Shown here piece after piece: positions 56,001-57,215 of a stretch of DNA of 57,215 nt. A model generated the notes under the pieces. It was not told the origin of the DNA and searched no databases. It was given only the letters and a program-made list of their open reading frames with translations. The stretch spans positions 1 to 57,215 of IMG/VR virus record IMGVR_UViG_3300027791_000026. One strand, 5' to 3'. A program made the translations under genes and the position numbers. The first letter of the stretch is position 1; every line of letters begins with the position of its first letter. This DNA is from a virus (Duplodnaviria > Caudoviricetes).

Positions 56001-56912
56001 ATGTTCGAACTATTTTCAGAAGGCTATAGAGCTTTAATTAGAAACAATACAACCTCTCTTTCATCTGGTTTAAGCGCAGTTTTTTTAACTGATACAGCAT
56101 CTAGTCCCACTAGTGAAAGTAATGCAAATATGACTTATGTTAGAGCTAATACTGCTTCTAATTTACAGTTTACCTTTACTGATTTAGGATATGAAGATTC
56201 TGTATCGACTTCTGGAAGTACAAGTTATATATATTTAACATCTTCAGGATTAGCAGTACCAGCTGGTACAGGCGCTACTGCTAATACATTTGCTAATGAT
56301 GTAACTCAGTACGGTCATATAATTAGTGAGGCTGATGACTTAGTATATGGTTATTTTAGAGCTTCAGATACTTCTAAAACGTTTATGAATGCAGGTTTGA
56401 CATTTACTTGGACCACTAACCGGTTAGGTCAATTAAGTATTGGTGATGAAAATTTATCAGGCTATGATGCATTTTATAAGACCGGAGTAGATTTAGATCT
56501 TTTAAATAAGGCTCGTATAGCGTTGGTAAGAAACGTAGCAGGTTCTAATTCAAGTACTTTTCATGATACTATCGATGAAATGGTAAACCTAGGTCAAATT
56601 GGATCAGGTACAGTACCAGGTGCAGGTGATGATAGTAGAGCTACAATAACAATGCTTACTTCCGGACACGAATTATCAGGTCTTAACTTTGGTTCAGGCA
56701 CTAGTAAGTTTTTAACTGCTGGTGAAATGGTTATACCAGCTGCTGGTACACATACAAATGTAGTAATAATGCTTTATTCAGAATTAGGGGCTTTAAATGA
56801 TAGTGGAGCTAATGCAATTCCACTGGCAATGTTCACCGATGATTTCAGCTTTACATTCTCAGAAAATGCGTTTGTGAAACCAACCACTAGTGGTATTATT
56901 GGATTTAGTTAA
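56001..56912 (+). CDS. Putative virion structural protein
   Basis: 303 aa, S/T/G/A-rich, late box. Confidence 0.55.
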   Translation: MFELFSEGYRALIRNNTTSLSSGLSAVFLTDTASSPTSESNANMTYVRANTASNLQFTFTDLGYEDSVSTSGSTSYIYLTSSGLAVPAGTGATANTFANDVTQYGHIISEADDLVYGYFRASDTSKTFMNAGLTFTWTTNRLGQLSIGDENLSGYDAFYKTGVDLDLLNKARIALVRNVAGSNSSTFHDTIDEMVNLGQIGSGTVPGAGDDSRATITMLTSGHELSGLNFGSGTSKFLTAGEMVIPAAGTHTNVVIMLYSELGALNDSGANAIPLAMFTDDFSFTFSENAFVKPTTSGIIGFS

Positions 56913-56922
56913 AAATTAATTA

Positions 56923-56938
56923 GGAACCGTGATATAAT
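56923..56938 (+). promoter_or_regulatory. GGAAC-class promoter
   Basis: GGAAC-CGTGA-TATAAT-N6-GTG 56945. Confidence 0.75.
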
Positions 56939-56944
56939 AAAAGG

Positions 56945-57215
56945 GTGTCGAAGTTAAGTCAAGACCCTAAAAGAAAAAAATTTATCAAGCAAGGTGAATA
57001 TGAAGTATGGAAATGTCTAGACTATAAGACATTTTATATGACAGTTCGATTACAATCTACAGAAATGGATAAGAAAAATAATCGAGATCCTAATAAATTT
57101 ACATTATATATGAGTTCCACGGAAATATTTCCTGATATCGATACATCCGAAGAAGCTATTAAAAAAGGTTATAAAAGAGCCGCTGAATTATATGAAATGC
57201 GCTTGAAATCTAGAC
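56945..57215 (+). CDS. Hypothetical early protein, runs off window end
   Basis: Open frame from GTG 56945 (MSKLSQDPKRKKFIKQGEYEVW...) to window end. Confidence 0.65.
   Translation, partial: MSKLSQDPKRKKFIKQGEYEVWKCLDYKTFYMTVRLQSTEMDKKNNRDPNKFTLYMSSTEIFPDIDTSEEAIKKGYKRAAELYEMRLKSR

Noticed and set aside
1-57215. Stop-codon recoding as seen in some large phages
   Set aside because: Conserved genes are full length under the standard code, and TAA, TAG and TGA all end plausible genes
1-57215. Bacterial eCIS/tailocin locus or prophage
   Set aside because: Terminase, gp44-like clamp loader and T4-type late boxes indicate a lytic phage; no integrase or host housekeeping context seen
1-57215. tRNA or rRNA genes; specific host assignment
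   Set aside because: No cloverleaf seen and gaps are mostly too short; TATAAT-type promoters argue against Bacteroidota but do not identify a host

Overview
A 57-kb, very AT-rich, densely coded segment of a large T4-like (contractile-tailed) dsDNA phage. It holds the large terminase, a probable small terminase, tail sheath, tube and completion proteins, and a baseplate set (gp54-, gp26-, gp29-, gp48-, gp53-, gp27-, gp25- and gp6-like). It also has many peripheral baseplate and fibre proteins, interleaved with early-type genes: dUTPase, clamp loader, GMP reductase, RadA/Sms-like ATPase and a DUF932-like protein. No tRNA, CRISPR array, integrase or reverse transcriptase was recognised. Three sequence-level patterns stand out. 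(1) Nearly every transcription unit looks leaderless. I count 28 TAAATA late boxes 5-7 nt before an ATG, and a second promoter class, GGAAC-N5-TATAAT, sits 5-6 nt before early start codons. (2) There is a candidate virion-decoration system. A GT2 glycosyltransferase, a GT9-like transferase with Lys at the usual catalytic Asp, a sulfotransferase and a 2OG-Fe(II) oxygenase lie among exposed structural proteins enriched in an L-[ST]-[AG] tripeptide and fibres unusually rich in Cys. (3) Five dispersed fibre genes share an N-terminal module, and several baseplate proteins carry short acidic L-x-x-E-type peptides, suggesting modular fibre docking. All calls rest on motif recognition and manual counts; no database search was run.
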